A DNA stretch of 61,670 nucleotides, filler included, from Dirinaria sp. TL-2023a (GCA_051941275.1; 12 parts of 12 records of this genome joined end to end with filler, not necessarily neighbours in it), one strand, 5' to 3'. Numbered from the whole stretch's first letter, positions 39,076 to 53,304 are shown. Notes: generated from the letters alone by a model not told the origin. Numbers and translations are program-made.

Positions 39076-40017
39076 GTAGAAAAAAATACGCCTTCACCTG
39101 GCAATCTGACGTGTCTCATTGGTTGTCAGGCCCTTTTTGTCGTTGATTGGCCGTCACACGTCCTCCTGTATCAAGCTATCGACCTTTTCAAAAACGTTCG
39201 ATAATGATAGAAGGTACTCCGTAACGTGTTAATCATCGATCAGGGCTGAATCAGGGTTAGGTCCGATTGTTCAAGCCGCGAGTTTCATAGCTTGTACTTA
39301 ACCTGAGAAATCTCTGTCATAGCATTCCCCCCCTTAGTGCCAAAAATAATGCAAAAATTCATCCTTCATTGTTGCCTCCCACTGCATGAGTTCAACATGA
39401 CGTCATTGAAGAGTCTGATGAGGCAATTCTCAGAGGCGTGGAAATGCGTTTCCAGCAGAGGATTCATCAAAACACACGGTAAGTGACTGATCAAAGGCTC
39501 ATCCAGGAGGTGGTTCAATAGAGCATTGTACAGATGAGTCAACGGTAAGATAGTTGCTGTATATGATATCGTTGTTGGAGGTGACTTCTTTCAGGAAACC
39601 AGTGATTTGACTAAAGCCTGCTTTTTAGTTCGCTTCCTGAGTTTCTTTCCGAGTATGACCTGCTTCTTGGAATCGCTCTATGCGCTTCTGATTATGACCT
39701 GCGATTCAGGCAGCAGGACATCGACGTGCTGCTTCAATCTGTTTCTGCTCCGCCGCCTCGCGGCCGATTGAAGCAGCTTATCTACGGCTTTGTCCCTTCT
39801 TATACTGTAGACCTTCTGGCGCTTTGACTGGATCCGGAAACGTCGCACGAAACATGGAAATAATCGCTTAATCGATTTTTGAAACTAAAACTATTCCATA
39901 GCCAAACGCTAGAGAGCACAAAACAAGTCCAAAAAGCAAAAACACAGAAAAACGATAAACCAAACTCGGACATCACAAGACAACAAAAAACCAATAAGAA
40001 GCACAGAACAACATAAA

Positions 40018-41175
40018 TTAAGGGAATAGACTCCTCATTTTTGCCTGACCCTTCTCGTTCAGCAGGAACTTAATCTTCCCATTATCATCGATGTACGATT
40101 TCTTCTCGTACCACTCATCTTCCAACCGCCCAATGGCTAGACGGTAAGCAATGACTTTTCTTGAATCGGTATACAATTCTGTTAGTCTTCTTTTGTCGAG
40201 GACGATCTGTTCGGCTAGGTCGCCGAAATCACCTCTGTTAATCATGGTCTTGATGTTGGAGTGAACAAGCCGGTTCCTTTTCGCATAACTATGGATTTCA
40301 AATCGGATATCCTCTGGTCGCATCTTGGCGATTGTAGCGGCTGTCTTAATGCTGTCAAGCCATGGCGTGTCGGGATATTGCATCCCACCTTGTCTTCCGC
40401 TCTTTGTGCGGTACTCATCAAGGGCTTCTTCTTCTCTCATCATCTAATCATCCACGTCCGGCCATTGCATCTCTGGGTGCTGTTTCCATTTTGTGGCCGC
40501 CATGTCAGCTCTTTGGTAACGTTCGCAATTTATTGCTAGATAGTCGCCGTATTCGATGTCGAGTCTCATCTCTCCGAACGCATGTCCTCTTATCGTTCAC
40601 AATCTGTCGGGCCAGAGCCCCGAAATGACTTTTATTGATCATGGCTCTCACGTTCGAATGAACCAGTCTCTTCCTTTTCGCATAATGGTTGATCTCGAAC
40701 CGAACTCGCAATCGGTGGCGGCTCTCTCTACGCTGTCAAGTCATAGGGTGCTGGGGTATTCCACTCCACCCGGTCTTCGCGTCCATCAATGCTTTCATGA
40801 TACGGTCGGCACCGTGGAGTTTCTCCCTACAAGAAATTCATTGTTAGCAAACATATGCCAAGCAACGCACGCATCAGGAACGCTATAACAACACGTACCA
40901 GTAGGAGTGTAGCATCCTATCTTGTGCTTGAAGAGATTGTATCGTCATTTCTCTCTCTTTTCCCTTGTTAGGCAATGTTAAGGCCTTCTCGCATTGCGTT
41001 TTGATATTCTGTACGAACTCATAGAACCGGGAAAAGATATTTCGCCTGTACTGCTGGTTTTCTTTGCGTATGCGATCCGCGCCTTGAGGCCCGATGTTTC
41101 CTTTATATCGTCGTCTGGAGGCTGAGGTATGGGGGGCTTGTAAGCATGATGATCGTACGACTGACTTGGGTATGG
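40018..41175 (-). pseudogene. Disrupted hypothetical gene with internally duplicated ~70-codon module (RNxxxH motif)
   Basis: Open exon >41175-40899 and phase-2 intron 40898-40827 (GTACGT..GCTAAC..TAG). A degenerate module copy follows (~40770-40585; TGA at the W position, frameshifts), then an in-frame TAG at ~40445 and an intact copy (QYPDTPWLDSI..RFEIHSYAKRNRLVHSNI..INRGDFG.LA.QIV.DKR). Confidence 0.6.
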
Positions 41176-41275
41176 NNNNNNNNNNNNNNNNNNNNNNNNN
41201 NNNNNNNNNNNNNNNNNNNTTAATTAATTAANNNNNNNNNNNNNNNNNNNNNNNNNNNNNNNNNNNNNNNNNNNN
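41176..41275. other. Artificial contig linker
   Basis: N44-TTAATTAATTAA-N44. Confidence 0.99.
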
Positions 41276-42993
41276 AGTTCAGTCGTCTGTGCGGGTTTCA
41301 CTGCTTAGCAGAAGCGGAGGAACGTGGCAGAAGGGAGCGGTCGCAATTGACTACTGTAGCCACCAATAAGAACTCGATAAGAGTTATATTTCAGGGTCAG
41401 GCAGGTGGGAGGAGGCGGATTGATCTGGCCAGGACAGGGAATTGAGGAAAGAGAACAGGTGAGGGCAAGCGCAAACTTGCAATAACAATGTTCATGGGGA
41501 AGGGCACAGTTAAGGTAAAGCAAGGTAAGGTAGGGTAAGGTGAGGTAGAGAGTAGAGTGATGAGGATTATTATTGAGGAGGTCCTCTAAAGAATTCTCCG
41601 TCAGGCGTGACTACTGGCGGGGTAAAAAGTACTCGTACTGGCAAAGTCAAGTCAAGTAGGGATTCTGATTGAATGTCCGAGGAACGCGGGGCTGTCTGTC
41701 CCCTCGGTCTCATCTGTTACTACTACAGTACCTCCCTAAGTACCTTACCTTGCCTTACTAACCCTACGGTAAGGTAGAGTGATGTACAGTACATAGGTAA
41801 AGCAATTGACAATCTGCCTTGGTAACTCCGTAATGTTACCTGAATATTATTAATGAACAGCTCACGCAACTGTTGCCGATCCTTCATTAGCTGCTTCTAG
41901 CCAAGCGTCCTCTGCCCCCCCGAGCCCCCCACCCCACCACAGTACATACTGACCTTACACACCTTAAGTACTCTCCCCCTCCACTTCACAACACCGTATC
42001 ACTTCCGTTGTGATATACCCAAGGTAGTACTTGTAGTCCGGTTCGTGGAAACCATGCATTCATAATCAATATCTACTGCACTGGACCTTGCTGGACAGAA
42101 TTTCCATTAGTCCAACTTTTCCCGCCTCTTGATGCGGCTCCGGATCTTGGACCACTTCCCCCGGTACGCGATTCGCGTACCTGACTCAAACTGAAACGAC
42201 ATCTGCTTCTTGCGATCCTGTGTCACGGCAATCGCCAGCAGCACTTCCACTGGCAGCCGGCCGAGCCGGCGGTCTCAATGTGATCGTGGTGCAGTGTCGG
42301 CCAGGCAGATGGCACTCCACGTCCAAGGTGGGGTCGCCACGAAATGGCTGATGCGCTTGATATCAAATAGCGCTCTCCGAGACTCCGACGGAAATCTGTC
42401 GTAAATACCGCTAATCTCGTGCTCGATTGGATCAGATGCCAAACTCTATGTCACTTATCTCGAGAGACAAAGTATCTTACCTACCAATGCTTCGCGAAGG
42501 CTTACTTGAGGGATGCTGAACAGCTACCTGCATGTGCATGGGGTCAAGATTTGATGAAGAAACAGCCCAAGAAGATTGATAGGAAGGTGACGGAGACAAC
42601 GTCGATGAGTGACTAAATCTGAGCTGCACCTTGCCAAGTCAGACCTTTCCATGCCTCCACGTTGGTAACGCGTGCTACGGAGGTTGCTTTTCCGGCATGT
42701 GCGTAAGTGTCTCTCAGCTTCCCTCTACGCAGAACTGCGTACATAGGCTTGTTATTCCAGCTGTTTGTAGCATATCCCGGTAGCATGCTCGCCCGCTTGA
42801 GGACGGGATTTCGAATGGCACAAAGCCCAGTACTTTCATCACCCAATATAATGTCTATACCAAGTGTGAGTGGCTGCTAGTCATACACGACAAAACTTCA
42901 TTTGTCGAGTCCATCTTCCCAACGCCACGCTCTTTTATCAACCCAAATGCTGAGGAAAACTGTCTGAAGCCCGTCCTATTCAAATATTTTCGC

Positions 42994-44612
42994 TTAACTC
43001 GCAGTCAGTGCAAAACTAAACCCTAGAATCGCCATCCCCGCGAATGCAAAGGCAACACACAAGTTGCGGTTGTGCGTCATGCTCAAGCTCTCCGAAAAGA
43101 GTTGCAGTGCCACACTCGCCATGATGCCGGCCGTGATCGCAAACATGCACCCATACACTCTCTGGCCTGGGGCGTTGTTGCCGCGGCCAGCGGCCTTGAA
43201 CCATAGAGCTGCTATGCCTGCTCCTAACGGTTGGCTTACTCCTCCGAGCAAGGACGACCAGAAGATAGCTTTCCATCGACTCTTGACCGCAAGGTAAAGG
43301 GGAAGAGCCATGGCGAAACCCTCGGTGATGTTGTGGATGAAAAGCGCCATGAAGACGCTAAAGCCTAGTTTTGGGTTCGCGTGGTTGGTGGCATATGTGA
43401 TGAATCCTTCGGGAAGCTTGTGGAGAGCGATTGCGATGGAGGTTTGTAGACCGATGGCAAGGAACGCATTCTCTGGGACGTGGTGATGGTGGGATGATGA
43501 GAGATCGTGAGGAGGGTTACCGCCGTGCCCATGCCCATGATGGCTCTCTGGGTCGTAGGTAGAGTCGAGCGGACCAGACGGAGGGACAGTGCCATTTTCA
43601 CCACTCTGACCTGAGCGCTCAGGGATCAAGACTGGAGCAGAATCTTCAGACTGCTTCAAAAGATGTGACAGATGGCGTTCGGACGCCACATCGGCTTCAT
43701 CGGGGCTGAAAGTAGCCTTGGTATCGAGCGGACTTGTCGTGGACCTGGATAAACCGAATTGTGGCCTTTGCCACGAATTTGCCTTGGAACCGTGAGGTGG
43801 GGGATTGCGTTTGATAGCTTTCAAGCATTCCTGCGCACAAAGGTCGCTGTAGCCATGGCACGGGCCTACTTGAGCACACGATTTCCTGCCCGACACGATG
43901 TCTGTCAAGCGTGACTGGAATGTTGGTCTTTGATTTGGTGCAGCGATTTCTGATGCTGTATTATCATTGTTGGGTTTTGAGCCCGTCTCCTCGTAGCTCG
44001 GCCTTGAAAGTAAAGGGGTGTCCTCGGAGACCGAGCCGTCTCGCCAATGAGTAGGGCCGTTGTGTTTGTGCGAGTGGATGCCCTGCAGTATGTCTTCATC
44101 ACTGGCGGTGTCGTCATGCTTGTCGTGGGTATGATCGCAGTCCACAACGTGAGAAGGTATGAAATGATGCATCAGGCGCGAAACGGTTTGGATCCCGACG
44201 ACGCCGCCAATGAAGCACCCAATGGTCGCATATGCAGCCGGTTTCGGTGAAAGGCCACCGTCTACAAGGTAATCTTTCGCTGAGGGAAGCATACTATACA
44301 AGGAAGAGAAGAGCTATATGGCGATAGCCGTTAATGGGAAGATCTCGTCTCCAAACAGTGAAGCCACTCTTACCATCACGCCGAAGCTGAGACTGAGGGA
44401 AGCCGATAAGAAGGTATTGCTGTCCTGGATCCTGAAGTTGCGCTTCGACGGGATGCGCTGTACGATCAAGTCGACGCATATGATGCTGGACCCAACAACA
44501 CAGGCTTGCGCCTCTGTTAAGCCAAAAACTTGGGACTGTCATTCAGTGCTCGCTCACCTATACCACTCACACATGTCATGATCCATCCTCGCGTGTCATT
44601 GTGGAGGGGCAT
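42994..44612 (-). CDS. ZIP-family zinc/metal transporter, Zrt3-like (~501 aa)
   Basis: Exons 44612-44558, 44504-44374 and 44313-42994. Motifs SLSLSFGVMLFSSLYSMLP, His-rich loop, IGLQTSIAIALHKLPEGFIT and ALFIHNITEGFAMALP. Confidence 0.92.
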
Positions 44613-45128
44613 GTTGCTTGGCTCTGCAGATGCTCTGCAGTCCTCGGGAAGCAACTGAATGCTATGTCATCATCGCACTGTGCCTGGCCGCATCGAAGGT
44701 CAGAAGGGACCCAACAAGTTGTGAAAAAGGAAAATAAAAAGGGATAGAAGACAGTAATCGAGCGAGAAATTATAAGAATGTGATGAAGCTGCTACCCTCT
44801 TTATATAAAGTCTCATTTTCTAGGTACCGTAGGTAGTCAATGTCCTCATGCGTTACATAATGGTACCTTTATCCTTTGCCCTGCTCAAGTATCTGACGCT
44901 AAGCCACTTGCGTACATCTGCTGACAGCCCAACCAATCATACCTGATCTAATTGCTGGCCTTTTGTAACTGTTGAATCGCGACCGTGACACGTTCAGATG
45001 ACTCGGCGCCTGCCTGCGACAGTTACGGGGCAGGCGACGAGGACTTGTACATATAAAGTAAACAACTGATCATGTATCTGTCCACGCACCCATCGAATTA
45101 GCATCACCTCCTTTTCACCCTCCCCAAA

Positions 45129-46166
45129 ATGTCCAAAACGACCTTGGCCATCATTGCTGGAGTTTCCGCCGCAGCCGGAGCAGCAACCACAGCAGCGATA
45201 TTCTCGACACGGAAACGCGACATCTCGAGTAGCTCTACGGCAACAACAACCGTTCCTACAACAACTTCACCCCAACCACCCATACCCGTCCCATCGCAGC
45301 GCCTTGTCAAAGACCTCATCCCTCCCGTGAACCCCAACGGGCTCTTCCAATATGGCTTCCCGGGCCCCGTCTCCGACCTCCACCCCACCCTCTCCACAAC
45401 CTCGGCCTTCGACCGACGAACGCGAAACCCGCTCTGGGTCGCTGAGCACATCACGCCCGCATCGCTGTCCACCAACAACGCGGACCGGAAACATTCGTAT
45501 TTCGTCGAAGACGAAAGCATCCCCGCGAAATTCCGCGCCAAGCTGACGGACTACTTCCGCTCCGGCTACGACCGGGGCCACCAGGTGCCCGCCGCGGACG
45601 CGAAGTGGAGCCAGGACGCGCTGGACCAGACGTTCCTGCTGAGCAACATGTGCCCGCAGGTGGGCGACGGCTTCAACCGCGACTACTGGGCGCATTTCGA
45701 GGATTTCTGCCGCCGCCTGACCCACGCGTACCCGTCCGTCCGCATTGTCACGGGACCGCTGTACCTGCCCCGCAAAGACCCGGACGACGGCAAGTGGCGC
45801 GTCTCGTACGAAGTCATCGGCAACCCGCCGAACGTGGCCGTGCCGACGCATTTCTACAAGGTCATCTTCGCCGAGGACGGGGAGACGGGGGGGAATGTCA
45901 GTCTGGGCGCGTTCGTGCTTCCGAATGCCAAGATCGCGAACGAGAAGCCCTTGACGGATTTCGAGGTTCCCGTCGAAGCCATCGAGAGAGCGAGCGGGCT
46001 CGAGTTCGCGGCGAAATTGCCGCTGAATCGGAGGAGGAAGCTGTGCGAAGAGGTGACGTGCTCGTTGCTCGTCAGGGATTATTTCGACCGGCAGAAGAAC
46101 CTGATGGGAGATTCGCCGACGAGGAAAGGAGCAGGAGGCCTTCTCCCGTCTCCCCCATCCAGATAA
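45129..46166 (+). CDS. NUC1: Mitochondrial DNA/RNA non-specific endonuclease (EndoG/Nuc1)
   Basis: Single-exon 345-aa ORF. Motifs YGFPGP, RNP.WVAEHIT, SGYDRGHQVPAADAK, TF.LSNMCPQVG.GFNRDYWAHFE and VAVPTHFYK. Confidence 0.96.
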   Translation: MSKTTLAIIAGVSAAAGAATTAAIFSTRKRDISSSSTATTTVPTTTSPQPPIPVPSQRLVKDLIPPVNPNGLFQYGFPGPVSDLHPTLSTTSAFDRRTRNPLWVAEHITPASLSTNNADRKHSYFVEDESIPAKFRAKLTDYFRSGYDRGHQVPAADAKWSQDALDQTFLLSNMCPQVGDGFNRDYWAHFEDFCRRLTHAYPSVRIVTGPLYLPRKDPDDGKWRVSYEVIGNPPNVAVPTHFYKVIFAEDGETGGNVSLGAFVLPNAKIANEKPLTDFEVPVEAIERASGLEFAAKLPLNRRRKLCEEVTCSLLVRDYFDRQKNLMGDSPTRKGAGGLLPSPPSR

Positions 46167-46309
46167 AAAAAAAAAAAAAAAAACCACCGTTTAATCTATC
46201 CAGCGCCGCCAGTATTCTAGCATAGCATAGCATCGCATCGCATCGCATCAAAAAAAACCCCCTCCCCTCTCTCCTCCCTCCCCCTCCCCTAATCCCCTCT
46301 CCCTAAATC

Positions 46310-46409
46310 NNNNNNNNNNNNNNNNNNNNNNNNNNNNNNNNNNNNNNNNNNNNTTAATTAATTAANNNNNNNNNNNNNNNNNNNNNNNNNNNNNNNNNNN
46401 NNNNNNNNN
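46310..46409. other. Artificial contig linker
   Basis: N44-TTAATTAATTAA-N44. Confidence 0.99.
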
Positions 46410-48195
46410 GGCTCCGGGTAATAGTAATATCGGGTATATAGTAACCCACAATTCCTCGCTTTTCTTATAGAAGGGAGGCAATTAATCACACACATACAAA
46501 CTGCCAAACATAGGTGCAATTGACCTCACAAACACCTTCTAAATCTAACAGATGTTTATCAAGATGTGCCTGACGCAATGACGCTCACAGCAAAAATGGA
46601 GACTCAGTGCGTGCTGGTGGTTGATTTGCATGCTCATAATTAAAAAGTACGGAGGAGTACGCCATAGGTAAGGTAAGTTCTGGCTACAGTAGCCTCATGT
46701 AAGCCAAGACTCCTCGTTGGGGTGACTACAGGTAAGCTTTGGAGAGCCCAGCTCCACCCCAGGTGGTCTCCCGGGCGACTTTCAGTTGACCCGATGACTG
46801 CGCTAGCCAGAACCTAAGGCCTACGAATACTCCGTACTCCTCCGCGGGTAAGCGATGATACACACTAGCAGCTTGATGAGGCTTATTCTGCTCATCCCCG
46901 AGATTTTGCCGAGAGGCAACTGCAAACACCACCCTCGACACCAACAACTTCTTCCAATGTTATAACGAGTGGATTTTACTATCATTAGCGAGCACTTGAT
47001 CTTCATCTGCAGCTCACTCGTATTTTGTCACGCTTTTGATCATTGGTAGTCTCGATGCTGCAATCTCACTGCGCGAACGGTCTCCCAGATCAATGGATTC
47101 GAGCGGTGACGCCATCAAGGTCAGCAATGCGACATCGGCGTATGAGGAGTGAGAATTTCTTCCTCGACTGGGTAGCAAAATGTCTTCTGTTTGATACGTA
47201 GATACATACAGAGCGACAAGTACAGATACCTGACACTGCAGATGGAAAACGTCCGTTGCACGCAAGGATCCTACAGTATCATTTTGCGATAGATCCTGCA
47301 TATATCATGTCGAATCACGCGGGAACGTTCCATCCCCCTTGTCAGGCATCTGTACGGAGTAGTCTCTTTTCGGTTCGCTTTATTTACTTGATCTGGAAGA
47401 TCTTTGCGATTGCCCGAGTCGATGCACGCTAGTGCATTGGAAGGGTCTTCTTTAGGCGCAAAACAAATCGGATAGTAACACTGATCGTGAGTATCCCTAA
47501 TCATTGATGTTTGGAACTCTTTGTTCCCACTTAGGATCCAATGGAAATACCAATTAAATTGACCAGCGACCAGCGATAGAATCACATAACAGTAACTGCA
47601 AGAAAAAGATGTTGAGGAATACTTCAAGAGGAAGCAGAGAGTCGAATATACGTTTGGTTAGGGCTTTCGATCACAATTATCTTCCGAACTATATGTTACA
47701 CTGGGAGAGAAACTCATGGATTGTCGGACTTGACCGACTTGGCAAGACATCAGGTGGAGTATTGAGCTGTGGCATCAGTGGTGAGAAGCCGATGGGCTCC
47801 GTGATATGCGAACATAGACTCGGCATACTCCGTTCATGAGCCCAGGATCATTTTTATGACTGGGGGAGGCGTCTCAGATGATGACTTTCGTACTACCCAA
47901 GCCATCATACTTGACTGCATCGAAATGCATCATAACCTTTTCAGTAAGCTTCGCTGGAATTTCTTTTCGTGGGCTGTTTCTTGAAACTGTCACGCTATCT
48001 GTCATTGGCGGAGAGGCTTCAAGGTGGGACTTCCTTCTGAGAGTGGGGACACGTTAGCCTGTCTGCTGATCTGTATCGACTGCTGCAATGAGCTAACAGA
48101 GAGGATATAAAGAAAGGCTTTTCCCATATCTCGGGTCCTCTCGAAATCTTGCACACTTCAGCGTAGCTACCACTCCAACTTAAAGCATTCGGACC

Positions 48196-50416
48196 ATGTC
48201 GACTCAAAAAGATCCACCGACGTATGCCATCGTTGGAATACCCTTTGATAAAAAACAGCCTCTACCACTGCGGCAAGAAATCAATACCTGGGTAGACAAC
48301 CCAAGCAATAAGTACCAGGTCTCGCTGTTTCTTCGAGCAATCGCAAACTTGCAGGCTAAAACGATCGAAGAACGCTTAGGATATTTCCAATTGGCAGGTT
48401 CGTTCGACTGCTAAAATGGGCGTGCTTGACCGCAGCTGATTGGACAGGAATTCACGGAAATCCTGTCGTGGGATGGGATAGCGAAGATGCTAAATTCTAT
48501 TGCAGCCACAATCTGGTGACATTTCCTACCTGGCATCGACCGTACATGTTGCTCTACGAGGTACGTCAACGGCTGTATCACGATATCTTCACATGGTGAC
48601 GATCTACTAGCAAGTTTTGTACGAAAACATGATCGAAATGATCAACAAATGGACATTCAGTGATCAAGAAGAAAAGAAGACCTGGTCCATTGAAGCCAGC
48701 AAATTCCGTCTCCCTTACTGGGATTGGGCTCGTTCTGGCATTCCGCCAATATGTAGCGAGGCTACCTGGTCAATCCTCAAGCCGAATGCGAAGGGCAATA
48801 AAGAGATTTTCAACAACCCTCTCACTGGCTTCACCAATCCACAAAAGGATAGTGAGGGTCACAATGTGCCAATGGGAGACAAATTGATGGGCAAAAATGC
48901 CATTCCTGACAATAAGGAAGACCTAGAGCTGCCACTTCCAGTAAGTGTTTCAAGTTTTGTGACGGCGAGCAGACTAATTGTGCTAGTGGAGTGAATGCAT
49001 CGGAGTTAGTCGATATGGAATACTTAAATCCCAAAGCCCCTCACAATGGAGCAAAGGGGTGAACAATTGGAAAGCCGTCAATGTTGCTGTCGAGAACCCT
49101 CCATGGTATGACAACCACACAGGGCCACTGAAAGGTACTTCCTTCAAAGACGCTCTCAGCCGGTTATTCACACCTGGTTATTTCGATTCATGGGAGACAT
49201 TTGCGTCAACAAAGCACAACAACCCCAAAAATCTGAAAAATACTAATTTCATGTCCCTTGAATACATCCACAATGTCGTCCACGTAAGTTAACAAGAGTC
49301 CTGGAAGTTCTTATACCAACTTCAAGAGCCTTTGGATTAACTTATCACAGAATGCTACCGGTGGCACTCAATATGATGATAGTAAGCATGATTCCAAAGT
49401 AAATTACGGCCTCGGACATATGTCAGATGTGCCGGTAGCGTCTTTCGACCCCATCTTTTGGCTCCATCACTGGTGGGTGCGCTCTCGACTGCGAGTATCA
49501 ATTTGATGGTGATTGACTCGCTCATAGCAACGTTGACCGCCTTTGCGCCATGTGGCAGGCTCTTAATTGGGAGATGTGGTTTAGCAAGCCGATTAATGAT
49601 GATCCTAAACCTTCCAACCCGCTGCTTCCTTTCCACTACGATGAAAACAAGTCGAGCTGGACCTCCGATAGATGTCGTGACTGGAGGTCTTTACACTATC
49701 AGTATGATGATATGAAAGATATGCCTTCTGGCCGGCCAAAACCTGAGTTTCAAACCGCTCTTCGAAAGCACATCGACAAAATTTATCCGAGCATTAGCGC
49801 AACTGTTCGCCCTGCCGGGTTTACCTTGGAGGACAACACTTTCAACGACTACATTATAAACGTGGTCTATGACCGCTACGCTCTCAAGGGAAGAGCCTAT
49901 TCCATTCTCTTCTATATTGGAGAGCCTACCAAGGATCTGGGCGCTTTCAGAAGTGATCCAAACTTCGTGGACTTGATATATACATTTAGCTCACCTTTCG
50001 ACTCGGGTGATGGTAGCACAGCCTGTGAGAATTGCGAGGGGCAGCAGGCCGCCCAAATACTCTCCAAGGCGCAGATCCCTCTGACGCTACCGCTGATTAG
50101 CAGAGCAGCTCCGCTTCGTGAAGGCTATGCCAGTATACCCGGTACAGAACTCGGACTGCTTGAACCGGATCCGGTGGTCAAAGTCCTTGCGGCCGGGCTA
50201 GAGTGGCACTTTGTGGAACTTGGAGGTAGAGAAGTCGACCATTCCGAATTTCCAAACACCGAGATCGCGGTCCTCCACGGCCAGGGCACGCATCCTCAAG
50301 GAGACGAAATCATGCCTCGGTACGAGAATTACGTCAAGAAGATTGTTGCGACCGAGCGCAAGCCGCTCGGCTTTGGTCATGAAACTGGGCCGAATCATTT
50401 GATCGGTGACGACTGA
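48196..50416 (+). CDS. Intracellular fungal tyrosinase with C-terminal shielding domain (~650 aa, 6 exons)
   Basis: Exons 48196-48397, 48448-48560, 48611-48940, 48987-49283, 49351-49472 and 49528-50416. CuA site [17 protein letters not shown], then FRLPYWDWA. CuB site [31 protein letters not shown]-terminal CENC (CxxC). No signal peptide. Confidence 0.95.
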
Positions 50417-50481
50417 GTTCGGTCATCCAGCTTGAGCGATGGAAAGATACGATCAATGTCCTCGTGGACATGTGCTCCATT

Positions 50482-50512
<31 letters not shown>

Positions 50513-51397
50513 TGCAATCTTAGCATTAGTCCAATACACTGGGCTATCGTACCACTACAGATTAGAACGCACCGCCGAAAGGTCACTCGTTAAAAAATTA
50601 TATTGTTCATTTCAGACCCATTTGTCGACTCTCATCTGTATCTTCAGCCATTGCTGCAGAGATCTTCTCTTCCTATAGCCCACAGCTCACACGCTATCCT
50701 CTAGTCCTTGACACCTGATTCGCGACCTTTATTTACTTCTTTAATACCCATCTCATTTGTTCGAGAAGGGGTATCGCCTAAGTATATACACATCATACCG
50801 ACTTATACCACTAGCCTTGAGATGGCCCCCTAGAAAACCTCGCAAAGTGAAAGATGATGTATATATCAGATCGTCTATATCCACATTACAAAGAGGCATA
50901 AAGCTCTACATCAAAAAAGGCGATGCTTCATTAGACTTTTAATTCTCTAACACAGGGTTTCGTAAGATAAGATTATTCGTCCTTCGCCGTTTTACTCAAT
51001 CATCACGATCATTATACAAGCAAGAGTCATGAAAGGTTTCCAGTGGATAGTTAGTGGCAGAGTGGGGATGATCAAAGAGATTTATTTCATAGCGCGGCAT
51101 TGAAAGAGGTAAGGGTGCTGCAACTCATTTAGCTACCATCTCATCACTGTATATGTATGTCCTTGGATACCTATCTCCCACTTTCACTAGTCTAGAGACT
51201 AAGAAAAAGTCAGCGTATAGGCTCGGACCTCCCCTTGCTAGATCTCTTAAGAGATACATAATGCTCTCTGGCTCCGCTCGGGGTTCTATTTCGCTTCGCT
51301 CGTATCGCTTATCTTCCTTCTCTTTCTGTATTTCCACCCAAAGAACAATTACTTCTGTACTGCTGCGCCGTCTATATCTTATCCTTCTCCTCCCTTT

Positions 51398-51437
<40 letters not shown>

Positions 51438-51537
51438 NNNNNNNNNNNNNNNNNNNNNNNNNNNNNNNNNNNNNNNNNNNNTTAATTAATTAANNNNNNN
51501 NNNNNNNNNNNNNNNNNNNNNNNNNNNNNNNNNNNNN
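51438..51537. other. Artificial contig linker
   Basis: N44-TTAATTAATTAA-N44. Confidence 0.99.
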
Positions 51538-53304
51538 GCCGAACTTGCCTCGGAAATCATCGAAGATATCCTCACTCATGTTCTGCTCGACTGCGCCCAC
51601 ATCTGTCACCGCTGTTCGGCCTATCGTCTTTGTTACCCCTTGCTCCAGCTCACCTAATCTGTCTTCTTCAATAAAGAACTCCGCCCCCTGGCTGTGTGGT
51701 TCGTCTTTCGCGTTGCAACACTCCAGACCAGCATGATATTGTTGAAGCACTGAGTAATGCACTTGGTAGCATACATGAAGCATTGCATTGTCTAAAGTCT
51801 ATGAAGTATGTGTGTGTGGGTTCTACATAAGGTAGAACTCACCGAGGCAACCACGCTAGTGCCGAGCAACACTATAGGCACAACACTATGGGGGAACACA
51901 TCTGCTTGAACAGATATCTGATTCAAGCTCCTAATTACTAATTAGATCGAGAATGTCATCACGAATCGTTTCAACGATATTGACATCTGCAGGAATACAT
52001 CACTGATAATAATTCTGAACTGGCCGTTCTCGCAAGTAATTGTACATTTCTGAAGCTCATTTTTTTTAATCTCGATCTGCTCATTGAAGATTATGCTACT
52101 GCTTTGCTGTTCGAGCAATCAAGAACTTAATCGACTTCCGTTGGAGAAATACCACAGCGAAGATCGGATCATTTATCTCTTTCGCATCATTGAGTCTACC
52201 TTGAAAACACAATCAGGAAAGCCCGAAGACTATTTACAGATTTTCTCGTATTCTTCGTGATACTACATCTAACGAACTAGAGTCGATAACCATATCACTT
52301 GAAAATCAATCACGTTTGCATCGCTCAAGTATCGAAGCGAAATCCACTGTAAAAGCTACAATGAACAATTCAATGATTTCGACTCATTCTTCATGGGATC
52401 TACTAATCCGTATCAGGCGTAATCGCTGCAGAGCGAACTGACCAGAACCTGGAAATGATACTAATATCTTACTGAAGAGCACAGAATAAATAACACTAAA
52501 GAGTTTGCGATAAATACTCGCTATAACGAACAAAACAAAAGTTTCAACACCCTCCCAAATCCAACCTCTATAAACCCCGAACAGCACCCAGTTCATAGAG
52601 TCTCCATTGCCAAATCGAGGTAGATCCGGAACGGGAACGTGAGTCTAAGACTGCCTGCCACCTTTCACAGTTTCCTCAGGTTCGCAGCTCATTACATCCA
52701 TGGGAGGTTCCTTTAGCGAGTTTTGAAGATAAGGATGGGGAGATCGCGTGAGTTGGAGTCGGTTGTATATGTCAATTAGTGATGTGAATATTATATGCAG
52801 AGCTAGTTTGTATGTGGAATTTGTTTTCAGAATGGGATGGCTGGATATGATGATGATTCCTTTACATCAAATCAAGAATATACAACTCCCTCATTAACGC
52901 CACCATTAACACCATTTTGTTTCTAACACAAGGTATAAAAGATCCCATATTTAGGGTTCGTGAACAAGGTAATTTCTTTTTAATCATGAGGGGCTATACG
53001 CCTTTGATGACGTTTCTTCTTCTTCAATTGGAATGGCATAAAGTACTGTAGGAAATAGGATTTTGAAATTGGAGGATTTTATTTTCTTTTTGTGATAGTG
53101 GGGATTGGCGTATGTATGAGTTACCCTAGTTAAATTACTCTAAGTCAAGAAGCATACTTTTTGTCATACGACCTGCCATACTATTCATCGTACTGCCTGC
53201 AATACTACCCATCACACTACCTCTCACACGACTTATTATATTCCCACAATATCCGACGAACACACAATGTTATTTCCTGCTCTGATTCAATTAAGATCCT
53301 CATG

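Noticed and set aside
46164..46183. NUC1 as a retrocopy (intronless, poly(A) directly at the stop)
   Set aside because: Poly(A)/poly(T) tracts are abundant throughout these contigs, no TSD is visible, and the gene has a normal divergent promoter context.
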